A stretch of DNA of 64,000 bases from Gemmatimonadota bacterium (GCA_036679605.1 JAZDCZ010000365.1:52329-116328); one strand, 5' to 3'. Positions 26,863 to 37,037 are shown, counted from the stretch's first letter. Numbers and translations are program-made. The notes: a model not told the origin generated them from the sequence alone.

Positions 26863-29800
26863 ATGAAACGGTATCAAGTGTTTTCCGTAGCATTCCTGCT
26901 CACCATCCTCGCCGGCAGTGCTGAAGCTCAGCTTTCGGCACCGCTCGATTCCACCTTGCTCGACTCGTTTCGGTGGCGATCGGTCGGGCCCGCGAACATG
27001 GGGGGACGTATCACCGACATAGAGGGTATCGGTAGCCCTTCGAAGACGTTCTATGTCGCGGCGGCGGCAGGTGGCATTTGGAAGACCACCAACAATGGCA
27101 CCACCTTTCGTCCGATCTTCGATCAGAAACGTGTGGCAGCGATGGGCGACATAGCGATCGCGCCCAGCGACACCAACATCATCTGGGCCGGTACCGGTGA
27201 AGAGGATTCCCGTAATTCGATATCGGCCGGCGGCGGGATCTACAAGTCCACCGATGGTGGGATAACTTGGGAATTCATGGGGTTGAAGCAAACTCAGGTG
27301 ATCGGCCGGATAATCGTACACCCCATTGATCCCGATATCGTCTTTGTGGCCGCGCTGGGCCACATTTGGAACTCGAACAAAGAGCGGGGACTCTACAAGA
27401 CCAACGACGGGGGCAAGACCTGGGACCTCGTCAAGTTCGTGAGCGACAAGGCAGGTTTCGTCGACATCGCGATTCACCCGACGAATCCCGACATTCTCTT
27501 TGCCTCGAGCTGGGAACGCGTGCGTGGTCCGTATTTCTTGAACAGCGGCGGCCCGGGGAGCGCTCTGTGGAGGACTACGGACGGTGGCGAGACCTGGGTC
27601 GAGGTCAAGGGAAACGGTTTCCCGGAGGGAATGAAGGGCAGGATCGGGGTCGCGATTGCCGCGAGTAACTCTGACGTCATGTATGCGTTGGTGGAAGCCA
27701 AGGAGGCGTCCGGGGAGGGCCTGGCGTCAGGCCTTTATCGCTCGGAGGATGGCGGTGAGAGCTGGACCAAAATGAACTCCAATAACTCCAGACCGTTTTA
27801 CTACTCGCAAGTCCGGGTCGACCCCAAGAATCCGAATCGAGTCTACTGGTCATCTACGCCCGTCAATTTCTCGGACGACGGTGGCAAGACGGTCCGCGGT
27901 GCCACCGTTGGGGTTCACGTAGATCATCATGCTATGTGGATTGATCCCAATGATCCCGAGCACTTCGTGGTCGGTAACGACGGCGGTTTCGCGCAGACTT
28001 GGGACAAGGGCGGCAACTACGACTTCATCAACACGATCGCGCTGGGCCAGTTTTACGCGATCAGCTATGACATGGCAATTCCTTACAACGTGTGTGGCGG
28101 ATTGCAGGACAATGGTTCCTGGTGCGGACCAAGCAGGCGCAGGCAGGGATCGATCACGAACGCCATGTGGAACAACGTTGGCGGCGGCGACGGCTTCTAT
28201 ACCGCGCAAGATCCGAACAACCCCGACATCATCTTCGTAGAATCGCAGGGCGGCAACATGAGCCGGATGGATCTCTCGACCGGTGAGCGCACGAGTCTTC
28301 AGAAGCCGGATTGGCGACGCGCTTACCGCCAGCTCGAAGACTCCATCATTGTTGACAGAGGCGATACGACCAAGCCGGCCAGTAAGGCCGTTGCGCGTCG
28401 CATTGCCGACCTACGCCGCCGCGCAACGGCCGACTCTTCGGAGAACGTAATGCGCTGGAACTGGAGCACCCCGTTCTTCTTGTCTCCGCACTCGCCGACC
28501 ACGTTTTATGCGGCAGGCAACAGAGTGATGAAATCGACGAAGCGTGGCGAAGACTTGTACGCGATCTCTCCAGATCTCACTACACAGGATACCGAGCGCA
28601 TTCGCGTCAGCACTTCGGCGACGGGCGGTATCACGAGAGATGTGACGGGCGCGGAGACGCACAGCACGATAGTGGCGTTGGCGGAATCACCGCTCAAGCC
28701 AGGCCTTCTCTACGCGGGCACTGATGACGGCAACGTGTGGATGACTCGCAACGACGGTGGCGATTGGGAAAATCTCACGGGCCGGTTCCCCGGGGTTCCC
28801 AAGAAGACATGGGTGAGTCGGATCGAACCGTCGCAATTCGACGAGGCGACGTTCTATGTCTCGTTCGACAACCATCGTGAGAACGATTTCACGCCGTATC
28901 TGTTTGTCACGACTGACCACGGTAAGTCGTTCATGTCAATCGCAAGCGACCTGCCGACCGACGGGCCCGACTTTATTCACGTGATTCGCGAAGATCCCGC
29001 AAATCGCAACCTACTCTTTGTTGGAACGGATGTTGGCGTATACATGTCCGCGAATAGTGGAGGATCGTGGCAACGTTTCATGACCGGGCTGCCTACCGTT
29101 CCGGTGCACGATCTCAAGATCCATCCTCGTGACCACGATCTGATAGCAGGCACGCATGGCCGGTCTGTCTGGATCGTAAATATCGGACCGTTGGAGCAGA
29201 TGACCGACGCTATCCTGGCCGAGGAAGTGGTGTTGTTTACGCCTGGGACGGCCTACCAATACAGCCAGGCTCAGGTGGGGGGTGGTTCGTCTGCCCAGAA
29301 ATCCTTCCAGGCGCAGAGTTCACAATACGGTGCAGAGATCGCCTATCTCCTGACGAGTGGCAGCCGCCGTTCGCGCCCCAGTATCGTCATAACCGACGTG
29401 AAGGGCGACACCGTCCAGACTCTCCAGGGAACGGGAGGCCCCGGCTTACACCGAGTCACTTGGAACTTCCAATGGGCTCGGCCGCCCGCAGAGCCACTGT
29501 CACCCTCGCAGAAACGTGACAGCGTAATTGCTGCACGTCGTATAGATGTCGTGTTCGACTCGCTGGCAGAGGCGGGTACGAACAAACAGATGCTCGACCG
29601 CATAAGAGCGAACATCGAAAGTGGCAACACTCGCGCGTTGTTCCGATCCTTCGGTGGCGGTGGCCGAGGTTTTGGAGGGCGAGGTGGCGGCCAGCGAGAT
29701 TTCGTCGAGCGACCGGCTGAGTCTTCTGCCGGTGGCGGAGGGAGAGGTGGACGTGGTGGAGGTGGGGGTGGGGGTGCAGGTGGGGCTCCCGACGTCAGAC

Positions 29801-30003
29801 AGATTTTCCGGTTACTCAGAACGCCTGGGTCGCGAGGTCGGTTTGGTGGTCGAAGAGGCGGTGGCGGCCAGGTGGTAGAGAGCGGAGATTATTTGGTGAG
29901 CATCACGGTCGAAGGAAAAACCTTGACGCAGGTGCTGCGTGTTGAACGCGTCAATGGCTCAGGTCGTGGTTCGGGGTTTGGATTCGAAAGTCAGTACAGA
30001 TAG
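26863..30003 (+). CDS. Sortilin/VPS10-like BNR (Asp-box) repeat beta-propeller protein with Gly/Arg-rich insert
   Basis: Signal peptide 'LAGSAEAQ'. Repeated Asp-box-like 'S.DGG.TW' motifs (e.g. 'STDGGITWE', 'TNDGGKTWD', 'TTDGGETWV', 'SEDGGESWT'). RGG-type low complexity at about 29640-29870. Confidence 0.85.
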   Translation: MKRYQVFSVAFLLTILAGSAEAQLSAPLDSTLLDSFRWRSVGPANMGGRITDIEGIGSPSKTFYVAAAAGGIWKTTNNGTTFRPIFDQKRVAAMGDIAIAPSDTNIIWAGTGEEDSRNSISAGGGIYKSTDGGITWEFMGLKQTQVIGRIIVHPIDPDIVFVAALGHIWNSNKERGLYKTNDGGKTWDLVKFVSDKAGFVDIAIHPTNPDILFASSWERVRGPYFLNSGGPGSALWRTTDGGETWVEVKGNGFPEGMKGRIGVAIAASNSDVMYALVEAKEASGEGLASGLYRSEDGGESWTKMNSNNSRPFYYSQVRVDPKNPNRVYWSSTPVNFSDDGGKTVRGATVGVHVDHHAMWIDPNDPEHFVVGNDGGFAQTWDKGGNYDFINTIALGQFYAISYDMAIPYNVCGGLQDNGSWCGPSRRRQGSITNAMWNNVGGGDGFYTAQDPNNPDIIFVESQGGNMSRMDLSTGERTSLQKPDWRRAYRQLEDSIIVDRGDTTKPASKAVARRIADLRRRATADSSENVMRWNWSTPFFLSPHSPTTFYAAGNRVMKSTKRGEDLYAISPDLTTQDTERIRVSTSATGGITRDVTGAETHSTIVALAESPLKPGLLYAGTDDGNVWMTRNDGGDWENLTGRFPGVPKKTWVSRIEPSQFDEATFYVSFDNHRENDFTPYLFVTTDHGKSFMSIASDLPTDGPDFIHVIREDPANRNLLFVGTDVGVYMSANSGGSWQRFMTGLPTVPVHDLKIHPRDHDLIAGTHGRSVWIVNIGPLEQMTDAILAEEVVLFTPGTAYQYSQAQVGGGSSAQKSFQAQSSQYGAEIAYLLTSGSRRSRPSIVITDVKGDTVQTLQGTGGPGLHRVTWNFQWARPPAEPLSPSQKRDSVIAARRIDVVFDSLAEAGTNKQMLDRIRANIESGNTRALFRSFGGGGRGFGGRGGGQRDFVERPAESSAGGGGRGGRGGGGGGGAGGAPDVRQIFRLLRTPGSRGRFGGRRGGGGQVVESGDYLVSITVEGKTLTQVLRVERVNGSGRGSGFGFESQYR

Positions 30004-30037
30004 GGCCAGGCAGTATGCCGCGGACCGAGCGACTCGT

Positions 30038-32182
30038 TCAGCGTTCGGTTCGCGGCAGACCTCGTTTCAAGTATTCCAGTTCATCGGTCGGACCCATGAC
30101 CAACATGAGGTCGCCTGCGGCAAAAACATAGTCCGCCGCTGGGGCGACGTCGAGTCGTTCGTTTCCGTCGGCCGTCGGCTGCTTGATCATCACTACGCTC
30201 ACGCCGAACTGCTGTCTTATATCCAATTCTCTGATGGTCTTGCCGGCAAAATGAGCTGGGGCGGGCACCTCGGCTAGGACTGTATTCTGAGTTGATGGTA
30301 ACGATTCAATCTTGTTGTCTCCGCTCACTGTGGAAGCCATGCTGTGGGCCATGTCGCGCTTGAAGATCTCGGTGTTGTAACGCTGGATGACGTCCTCGGG
30401 CCAGATGACACCAACCACTCTTTCGTCCTCGATAACCGGTATCTCACCCCGGTAGCCACCGAGGAGCTTCATCACTTGGGCTAGTGAATCGGTTGGTGAT
30501 AGGGTGGGGAAATCTCCTTCCACCATGACGTCCTGTGCGATCACGAGAGAATCGAGCGCGGACGCATCTGCCATAACAGGCCTGATTTCGTTGGCACTGA
30601 TGAGCCCAAGTAGGCAGCTCTCTTCGTCCAATACGAACAGTGTGTTGCCTTGATGGTCGAGAAATTTGCTTACGAGCGGTAGGAGCCCGTCGCCTGCAGA
30701 GACACTGGCAAAATCGCTGCGCATTTGCTCTTGAACCGTTACGTGCTGCAGGACATTGAGGGCGCTTCCCTTGCGGATGTCGATGCCACGGCGCAGCAGC
30801 TTGATGGTGTAGATGGAGCCGGTCTGAAGCTTTGTTGCCAGCAGTGTCGCAATGATGCAACTGATCATGAGTGGAAGCATGATCTTGTAGTCGCCGGTCA
30901 ACTCGAAAATGATCAGTATCGCAGTTATCGGTGCCGCAGTTCCGGCCGCCACGACGGCACCCATTCCAACCAGCGCGTATGCACCTGGTCCGGCGGTCGA
31001 TAGCGGCCAGATCGTGTGAACTACGGTTCCGACTGCACCACCCAACATTGCTCCGATAAACAGAGATGGTGCGAACACACCTCCAGACCCTCCCGAGCCG
31101 ATAGTGATCGAAACCGCCAGAATTTTGAGCACTACTAGGAGGAGCATCAATTTCCAGATGATCGTGCCGTTCAGGGCCTCGTTGATCGCTTCGTACCCGA
31201 CGCCAAAGATGTGCGGTACCCATATCCCAATCACCCCGACCGCCGCTCCTCCGAGCAGCCCCTTGATGGCGGGATGCATTCGGATCTTGTCGAACAGATC
31301 TTCGAAACCGTACAAGGATCTTACAAACGCTATTGCCACTATCCCCGCCAAGATGCCCATGGCCGCATAGGCGAAGAGTTCGTTGGCGTGGACCAGACTA
31401 TATGCCGGAACTTGGAACGCGGGAAAGTCACCTAGGAAATGCTGGCTCACGACAGTGCCCGCGACGGATGAGATTACGATGGGCGAGAACTGTGACACAC
31501 CGAAATCTCCTAGTATGATCTCGACGGCGAACAGGGCTCCGGCGACGGGGGCATTGAACGTGCCGGCAATGCCCGCTGCCGCACCACAACCGACCAACGT
31601 TCGGAGTCTCTGTTCGTCGATCCTAAGCCACTGTCCGATGGTCGATCCAAGGGCGGAACCAATCTGCACGATCGGGCCCTCGCGACCGACCGAGCCTCCC
31701 GAGGCAATACATATTCCCGAAGCGAACATCTTGGCGAATACAACTCGGGGCCTAATGCGTCCGTTCTTGAGCGCTACTGCTTCCATCACCTCAGGGACGC
31801 CGTGCCCCTTTGCCTCTCGCGCAAAGCTATAAGTGATTAGACCGACGAGCAGGCCCCCAACAGCTGGTGCAACGATCTTCCACCAAAACGGCAAGCTGGA
31901 TATATAGTCCAGCGTATACTCGCCTTCCCGCCAGGACACTTCGTTCATGGTTCTGATGAGCAGGCGGAAGCCGACCGCGCTGAGCCCCCCAAGAAGACCG
32001 ATTAGAACAGCCACCAGTACCATGTAGACTTGTTCTGTCTGACGCAGCGTGTTGTGGGCCTGCCTAAGTTTTCTCACAACGGCTCTAACCATGGTCGCGC
32101 TTGTTCCCAGTGTGTCTATCTTCCAATGTAGTCTGAAAAGTCTTGCCAATGGATACCGAGCCGGCAGAAACTCGATTAGCAA
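30038..32182 (-). CDS. ClC-family chloride channel/antiporter with CBS pair and C-terminal RCK_C/TrkA_C-like domain
   Basis: 'GREGPIVQIG' and 'GSGGVFAPSLFIG' selectivity motifs. The start may be the internal Met at 32092. Confidence 0.9.
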   Translation of the reverse strand: MLIEFLPARYPLARLFRLHWKIDTLGTSATMVRAVVRKLRQAHNTLRQTEQVYMVLVAVLIGLLGGLSAVGFRLLIRTMNEVSWREGEYTLDYISSLPFWWKIVAPAVGGLLVGLITYSFAREAKGHGVPEVMEAVALKNGRIRPRVVFAKMFASGICIASGGSVGREGPIVQIGSALGSTIGQWLRIDEQRLRTLVGCGAAAGIAGTFNAPVAGALFAVEIILGDFGVSQFSPIVISSVAGTVVSQHFLGDFPAFQVPAYSLVHANELFAYAAMGILAGIVAIAFVRSLYGFEDLFDKIRMHPAIKGLLGGAAVGVIGIWVPHIFGVGYEAINEALNGTIIWKLMLLLVVLKILAVSITIGSGGSGGVFAPSLFIGAMLGGAVGTVVHTIWPLSTAGPGAYALVGMGAVVAAGTAAPITAILIIFELTGDYKIMLPLMISCIIATLLATKLQTGSIYTIKLLRRGIDIRKGSALNVLQHVTVQEQMRSDFASVSAGDGLLPLVSKFLDHQGNTLFVLDEESCLLGLISANEIRPVMADASALDSLVIAQDVMVEGDFPTLSPTDSLAQVMKLLGGYRGEIPVIEDERVVGVIWPEDVIQRYNTEIFKRDMAHSMASTVSGDNKIESLPSTQNTVLAEVPAPAHFAGKTIRELDIRQQFGVSVVMIKQPTADGNERLDVAPAADYVFAAGDLMLVMGPTDELEYLKRGLPRTER

Positions 32183-32268
32183 GGCAGATGTTGGCGCTGG
32201 TGGGGGTGGTGCGCTACTACGCAGCTACTGTCAGGTGAGCTTTCGAGACCATGAAGGAGCGGTGTTGT

Positions 32269-32946
32269 TCAGCTGCCCCAGGGTCTTCCCGTCGCAGCTT
32301 GTTGTCTAACCTGGGCAATTTGTGCTGCGGTCAACAGCGTTCGATCGGGAGCGTCACAACCGGGTGCCATCAGGTTGCCCTCGGGTGGACAGGCAACGTG
32401 CTGTAGTGACAGTGAATGTCCTAGCTCGTGAGCCAGTATGCGTCGGCCGGAGCCCGTCAGGTCCCGTAACCCCGTCGGATCCAGCTCCGGAAAGATCACC
32501 GACTGAATACTGGGGAGATATATGCCACCGGCCACTCCGCCGAACGACCGGATCATGAACACGTCCCAGTCGCCGAAGAACAAGTTACCTCCTGGCACGA
32601 CCGCGGTCAGTGCGTCAGCTTGGAGTTGCCCCGCCAGGACCGCTTCGAATATTTCTTCGTTCTGTGGAAATTCTCGGAAGATTGTGTCGACCAACCAGGT
32701 GATCGCGGCCTGACTCCATACTTCATTGACGCCTTCGATGAGTATTGTCACCTCCGCTTCGGTCAATGTTGTGTTGAGCGAGTCGGATGTGGTGGATTCA
32801 ATGAGGTGGATTCGCAGTGGAATAGTGATGTTGGCGAGGTTTTGATCACGCGTGGTGGGGTCTGTACTACCATCGCCACCACAAGCAATAACTGCTAACG
32901 TCACTAGTGAGACGGACAAGAGTCGCAGTAGGGTGCGTGTGGTCAT
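32269..32946 (-). CDS. Zinc metalloprotease-like lipoprotein
   Basis: Lipobox 'VIACG'. HExxH 'LAHELGHSLSLQH'. Confidence 0.68.
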   Translation of the reverse strand: MTTRTLLRLLSVSLVTLAVIACGGDGSTDPTTRDQNLANITIPLRIHLIESTTSDSLNTTLTEAEVTILIEGVNEVWSQAAITWLVDTIFREFPQNEEIFEAVLAGQLQADALTAVVPGGNLFFGDWDVFMIRSFGGVAGGIYLPSIQSVIFPELDPTGLRDLTGSGRRILAHELGHSLSLQHVACPPEGNLMAPGCDAPDRTLLTAAQIAQVRQQAATGRPWGS

Positions 32947-33083
32947 TCGTGCTTGTATCCAGCTTTGATCAGATGCACCTTGTTCAATACCGTTTGATTG
33001 CCGGGTTCATGAATCACTGTTGATAGAACGTTGATGGACGCTAGCTAGTTCCCAACGGGACTGCGCAAGATTCGCACTGACAG

Positions 33084-34436
33084 GTGGAGCTTTCTGTGAA
33101 GGCAATCCGCAAGCAAGGTCTTGGTCTGTGGATGACGACCGCTCTCGTCGTGGGCAACATGGTGGGCTCCGGTGTTTTTTTATTGCCGGCGACGCTGGCT
33201 GCGTACGGCGGAATCAGCATAATCGGATGGCTCATCACTTCGTTTGGTGCAATCATGCTGGCGCTAGTGTTTGCTCGTCTGAGCGGTATGGTTCCGAAAG
33301 CTGGTGGGCCATACGTGTACACTCGCCGCGGTTTCGGAGACTTCGCCGGCTTTCTAGTTGCTTGGGGCTATTGGACGTCGATCTGGACGAGTAATGCGGC
33401 GATTGCAGTGGCGATGGTGTCGTATCTGTCGGTGTTCTGGCCCGCCCTGACACAGAACGGAGTGCTCGCTGCATCGGTCGCGATCTCTGCTATATGGCTG
33501 CTTAGTTGGGTAAACGCCAGTGGCGTTCGGAACGCCGGTTTCGTGCAGGTTGTCACGGTCATCCTAAAGGTGTTGCCACTCTTGGCGGTAGCGACATTGG
33601 GGTTGTTGTACTTCAATGCCGATCACTTTACTCCCCTCAATGTGAGCAAGGATTCGAACTTCTCGGCGATCACCGCCACGGTGGCATTGACGTTATGGGC
33701 GTTCCTTGGCCTGGAGTCAGCTACGGTGCCTGCCGGCGATGTAGTCGATCCGGAGCGTACGATTCCGCGTGCTACGATTTTGGGGACACTCGGTGCTGCC
33801 ACGGTGTACATCTTGGGGACTATCGCTGTTATGGGAATCATCCCTCCCGCCGGACTGGCTACCTCCAGCGCACCGTTCGCCGATGCTGCCGAAAAGGTAT
33901 GGGGAGGTTGGGCAGCATACGCGGTGGGTGCGGGTGCGGTTATCTCTTGTTTCGGCGCTCTAAACGGCTGGATAATGCTCCAGGGGCAGATACCGTTGGC
34001 GGCAGCGCGGGACGGCATTTTCCCGGAAGTCTTCGGCCGAATTTCTAAGAAAGGCACACCCGCCATGGGGATCGTCATATCGAGTGTGCTGGTGAGCGTA
34101 TTGATTTCCATGAACTTTACTAAGAGCTTGGTAGAGCAGTTCAAATTCATAATCCTGCTCGCTACGCTCAACACGCTGGTTCCCTACGCCCTCTCGAGCC
34201 TGTCGGAGTTGATGATTTTCATAAAGGAACGTGCACGCTTTAGCGGACAACGGTTGATGGGGTCGAGCGTCATCGCTGTTCTGGCCTTCTCTTACTCGCT
34301 CTGGGCGATCGCGGGTGCCGGCAGCAGAACCGTATACTTGGGATTCATGTTGCTGTTGCTCGGCCTACCAGTCTATGTATGGGTCAGGTGGCGACGTGCC
34401 GAGGCAGTCGCTAGTGATGCCGATGCGATTACATGA
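33084..34436 (+). CDS. APC-superfamily amino acid permease (basic amino acid/polyamine antiporter-like)
   Basis: 12 TM. 'VVGNMVGSGVFLLP' N-terminal signature. Confidence 0.88.
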   Translation: MELSVKAIRKQGLGLWMTTALVVGNMVGSGVFLLPATLAAYGGISIIGWLITSFGAIMLALVFARLSGMVPKAGGPYVYTRRGFGDFAGFLVAWGYWTSIWTSNAAIAVAMVSYLSVFWPALTQNGVLAASVAISAIWLLSWVNASGVRNAGFVQVVTVILKVLPLLAVATLGLLYFNADHFTPLNVSKDSNFSAITATVALTLWAFLGLESATVPAGDVVDPERTIPRATILGTLGAATVYILGTIAVMGIIPPAGLATSSAPFADAAEKVWGGWAAYAVGAGAVISCFGALNGWIMLQGQIPLAAARDGIFPEVFGRISKKGTPAMGIVISSVLVSVLISMNFTKSLVEQFKFIILLATLNTLVPYALSSLSELMIFIKERARFSGQRLMGSSVIAVLAFSYSLWAIAGAGSRTVYLGFMLLLLGLPVYVWVRWRRAEAVASDADAIT

Positions 34437-35308
34437 GTGACCTCAGGCAATCCGACGTTGGCCCCGTCAAGAAAATGTTGCTTAAGCACGCGAGGGATGC
34501 ATTCATCGATGAGACCACAATCGATTCCCATTGGAAGGAACTCGGCTACCTAGAGCGGCCGGATTTTGATAACGCCGTTAGAGAGTATGACAATTTCGTT
34601 GCTGCTCTAAAGGGTTTCGACATCGACGTTTGTTTCCTGCCTGCCGACGGTAGAGTCGGGATCGATTCCATCTACGTTCGCGACGTAACGATCTCTTGTC
34701 GGCACGGTCTCGTTCTCTGCAATATGGGGAAACCCCAGCGCAAAACAGAGCCCCGGGCACAGCAAGATTCATTTGAAGGTCTAGGGCTGCACGTCCATGG
34801 TCGGATCGAAGGTGAGGGAAGAATCGAAGGTGGGGACGTGGTTTGGTTGGGCGAGCGGACGCTAGCAGTAGGGCGCGGCTATCGCACCAATGACGAAGGG
34901 ATTCGTCAGGTCGAAAAACTCTTGAGCGACTGCATCGATGAGCTAATCGTTGTGCCACTGCCGCATTGGCGCGGCGCTGGTGACGTATTTCACCTCATGT
35001 CGATGCTGAGCCCGATCGATCACGATCTCGCGCTCGTCTATTCACCGCTGCTGCCGGTGCCTTTTCGCGAGGCGCTGGTTAGACGCGGCATGGAATTCGT
35101 TGAAGTGCCGGCTTCGGAGTTCGAAACTATGGGCTGCAATGTGCTAACGGTGGCGCCGCGTCGGTGCCTAATGCTTGCTGGAAACCCCGTGACCCGTTCC
35201 CGGTTGGAGAAAGCAGGCGCCGTCGTTGAAGAGTTCCAGGGGTGCGAAATCAGCACCAAGGGCTGTGGCGGTCCTACATGCCTCACCAGGCCGCTGGAGT
35301 GGCGTTAG
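34433..35308 (+). CDS. Amidinotransferase-superfamily enzyme (dimethylarginine dimethylaminohydrolase / arginine deiminase-like)
   Basis: C-terminal 'GCGGPTCLTRPL' carries the catalytic Cys typical of the guanidino-modifying fold. 4-nt overlap with the permease gene. Confidence 0.75.
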   Translation: MSDLRQSDVGPVKKMLLKHARDAFIDETTIDSHWKELGYLERPDFDNAVREYDNFVAALKGFDIDVCFLPADGRVGIDSIYVRDVTISCRHGLVLCNMGKPQRKTEPRAQQDSFEGLGLHVHGRIEGEGRIEGGDVVWLGERTLAVGRGYRTNDEGIRQVEKLLSDCIDELIVVPLPHWRGAGDVFHLMSMLSPIDHDLALVYSPLLPVPFREALVRRGMEFVEVPASEFETMGCNVLTVAPRRCLMLAGNPVTRSRLEKAGAVVEEFQGCEISTKGCGGPTCLTRPLEWR

Positions 35309-35326
35309 AGATTTCTTACGGCGTTA

Positions 35327-36919
35327 TTACGGCTTTCTCCTCCGAACGGACGAACGTGCACGAGACGGTGAGGACCGTTTAACGCTAGGGCGCCTAACAC
35401 TTGGCCGACTCGTGCGAGGCGAAGAGCGCTTGATGCTCGGCCGATTCGTGCGAGATGGCGAAGAACGCTTGACGCTCGGACGGCTCCTAGTTGCAGTCCG
35501 GCTCCTGATTTGGACCGAGGACCGGGACTGTGATGTCCGGCGTCGTACTGTTGGGGTCTTGGCCCGCGAGGTTGAGCGAGACCTCGTCGTCACCGCCTGC
35601 CTGCTTCTTTGCGGCGACCTAGATGACGAAACAGTTGCTCTCGACCGCACGGATCGACGCACCGACGCACCGTCGGGTCTGGAAGCTTGTGCCGAGCGTG
35701 CGGCGCGACGCTTGGATGTCGATGAAGGGGCGACCACCGTTCCACGCGCCCGGGTGCCGGACGCGCTCGTTGTGCGCCTACCTGACGCGCCATCCAATTT
35801 CTGACTGGCTGACCTGCCGGCGCTCGTGCTGCGGCGGCGGACTGCCACACCGGCTGCTCGATTCGTCCGGTTCACGCCGGTGGTTGTGTGTCGTCGAGCG
35901 ATGGCACTCCGGCGGGCGGTAGATGCCGATCGCGATCCGGGTGTAACCCTGCCACTCCTTCTGGCGGCAGTGAATACTCTTCGTCCCGACTTGCCACTGC
36001 TGACGAACGGGCGTGTGCGCGGGTTCACTCTCAATCGATTGCCAGCGAAGAAGACTGTCGAAGGTCTAGAGAACCCGAAACGCGAGCCAAATCCGAACCC
36101 TGACCCAAATCCGAACCCCGATCCATAATAGAAAGGATCGTAGAAGAAGGGATCGTAATAGAACGGATCGTAGTAATAGGGGTCGTAGTGTCCAAAGCCG
36201 ATTCCTATCCCAATGCCGAAACCATGGCCGCCATAGTATGGGCTGCCAAGGAGAGCGAACCGTCTCGCGCGCATATATCTGGGTCCATACAACACACTCA
36301 AGCCCAAACTCGGACCATAGGGTCTGTGTGAGCGGTAATACGGATCGTAGAGCGTTAGGTGTTGGTTGTAATCTCGGGCTACTGCGTAACGCTGTTCTAC
36401 GCCATACTGAACGAGGTCGTAATCGAAGTACGCCCCCGACGCCAGACGCAGCGCGAAGTCGGTGAGTTCTGCCTCGTCATCTTCTTCAACTACCCACGTA
36501 TCCGCCAGGGTGTAGTCCCAGTGGTCGCCGCGCACCAATCCGTCGAACGTGAACGGATCGCGAGAAAACGCCGCGTAGACAGTACCCGTTCCCTCTGCTG
36601 TGTAAACCTGGAACGAGCGGCGGTCGCCCCGGCCGCGTACCTCATACTTCCTTCCACCACGGATGAAATTGTCGTCACCCGGATCGAGCGGGAATAGCAC
36701 TCGCACTCGACCGTCGGGCTCGGCATGTAAGACCACCAAGTAGCCATCGTATTCCGTGCGTACGTGGGTCTTGACGCGGTCGCCTAGCCGGACATCGGTA
36801 TCACTGACCCAGATCTTCACGGCAGGATCTGGGTCTTGCGTTGCAGCTGGCGCAGTGTTTGCGCTAGCCCCAACGGTAGGGACCAGTAGGGAAAGCAGTA
36901 GAGCACTCAGCATATGCAC
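35327..36919 (-). CDS. Secreted DUF4384 domain protein with aromatic DP-repeat and long Arg/Ser-rich tail
   Basis: Signal peptide. 'GYLVVLHAEPDGRVRVLFP' is the DUF4384 pattern. 'YDPYYYDPFYYDPFFYDPFYYGSGFGFGSGFGFGS', then about 250 aa dominated by R/S/T/A/P with 'RPSVKRSSPS'-like repeats. Confidence 0.7.
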   Translation of the reverse strand: MHMLSALLLSLLVPTVGASANTAPAATQDPDPAVKIWVSDTDVRLGDRVKTHVRTEYDGYLVVLHAEPDGRVRVLFPLDPGDDNFIRGGRKYEVRGRGDRRSFQVYTAEGTGTVYAAFSRDPFTFDGLVRGDHWDYTLADTWVVEEDDEAELTDFALRLASGAYFDYDLVQYGVEQRYAVARDYNQHLTLYDPYYRSHRPYGPSLGLSVLYGPRYMRARRFALLGSPYYGGHGFGIGIGIGFGHYDPYYYDPFYYDPFFYDPFYYGSGFGFGSGFGFGSRFGFSRPSTVFFAGNRLRVNPRTRPFVSSGKSGRRVFTAARRSGRVTPGSRSASTARRSAIARRHTTTGVNRTNRAAGVAVRRRSTSAGRSASQKLDGASGRRTTSASGTRARGTVVAPSSTSKRRAARSAQASRPDGASVRRSVRSRATVSSSRSPQRSRQAVTTRSRSTSRAKTPTVRRRTSQSRSSVQIRSRTATRSRPSVKRSSPSRTNRPSIKRSSPRTSRPSVRRPSVKRSSPSRARSSVRRRKP

Positions 36920-37037
36920 TCCTCAGTGGAGTCTTGGGCTGCACCGCGACTGCCAAATCTACCGGCAAGGCGGCGCCTACAGCTGACTAAATATAGCGAG
37001 ATGCGTGCCAACATGTAAATGGTTCTACACCAGGGGG

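Noticed and set aside
26527-27477. 316-aa minus-strand ORF overlapping the Uma2 and sortilin-like genes.
   Set aside because: No recognisable domain. It is fully antisense to two genes with strong motif support, so it is a likely high-GC artefact.
32100-32160. Fourth copy of repeat family A ('ctatcttccaatg' plus scattered matches).
   Set aside because: Only about 13 contiguous nt match, and the rest does not align. It lies in the 5' end or leader of the ClC gene on the opposite strand. It is treated as chance.
35226-35804. 192-aa plus-strand ORF with 'RLTLGRL' repeats.
   Set aside because: It is the antisense reading of the Arg/Ser repeat tail of the DUF4384 gene. Its repeat structure simply mirrors that of the minus strand.
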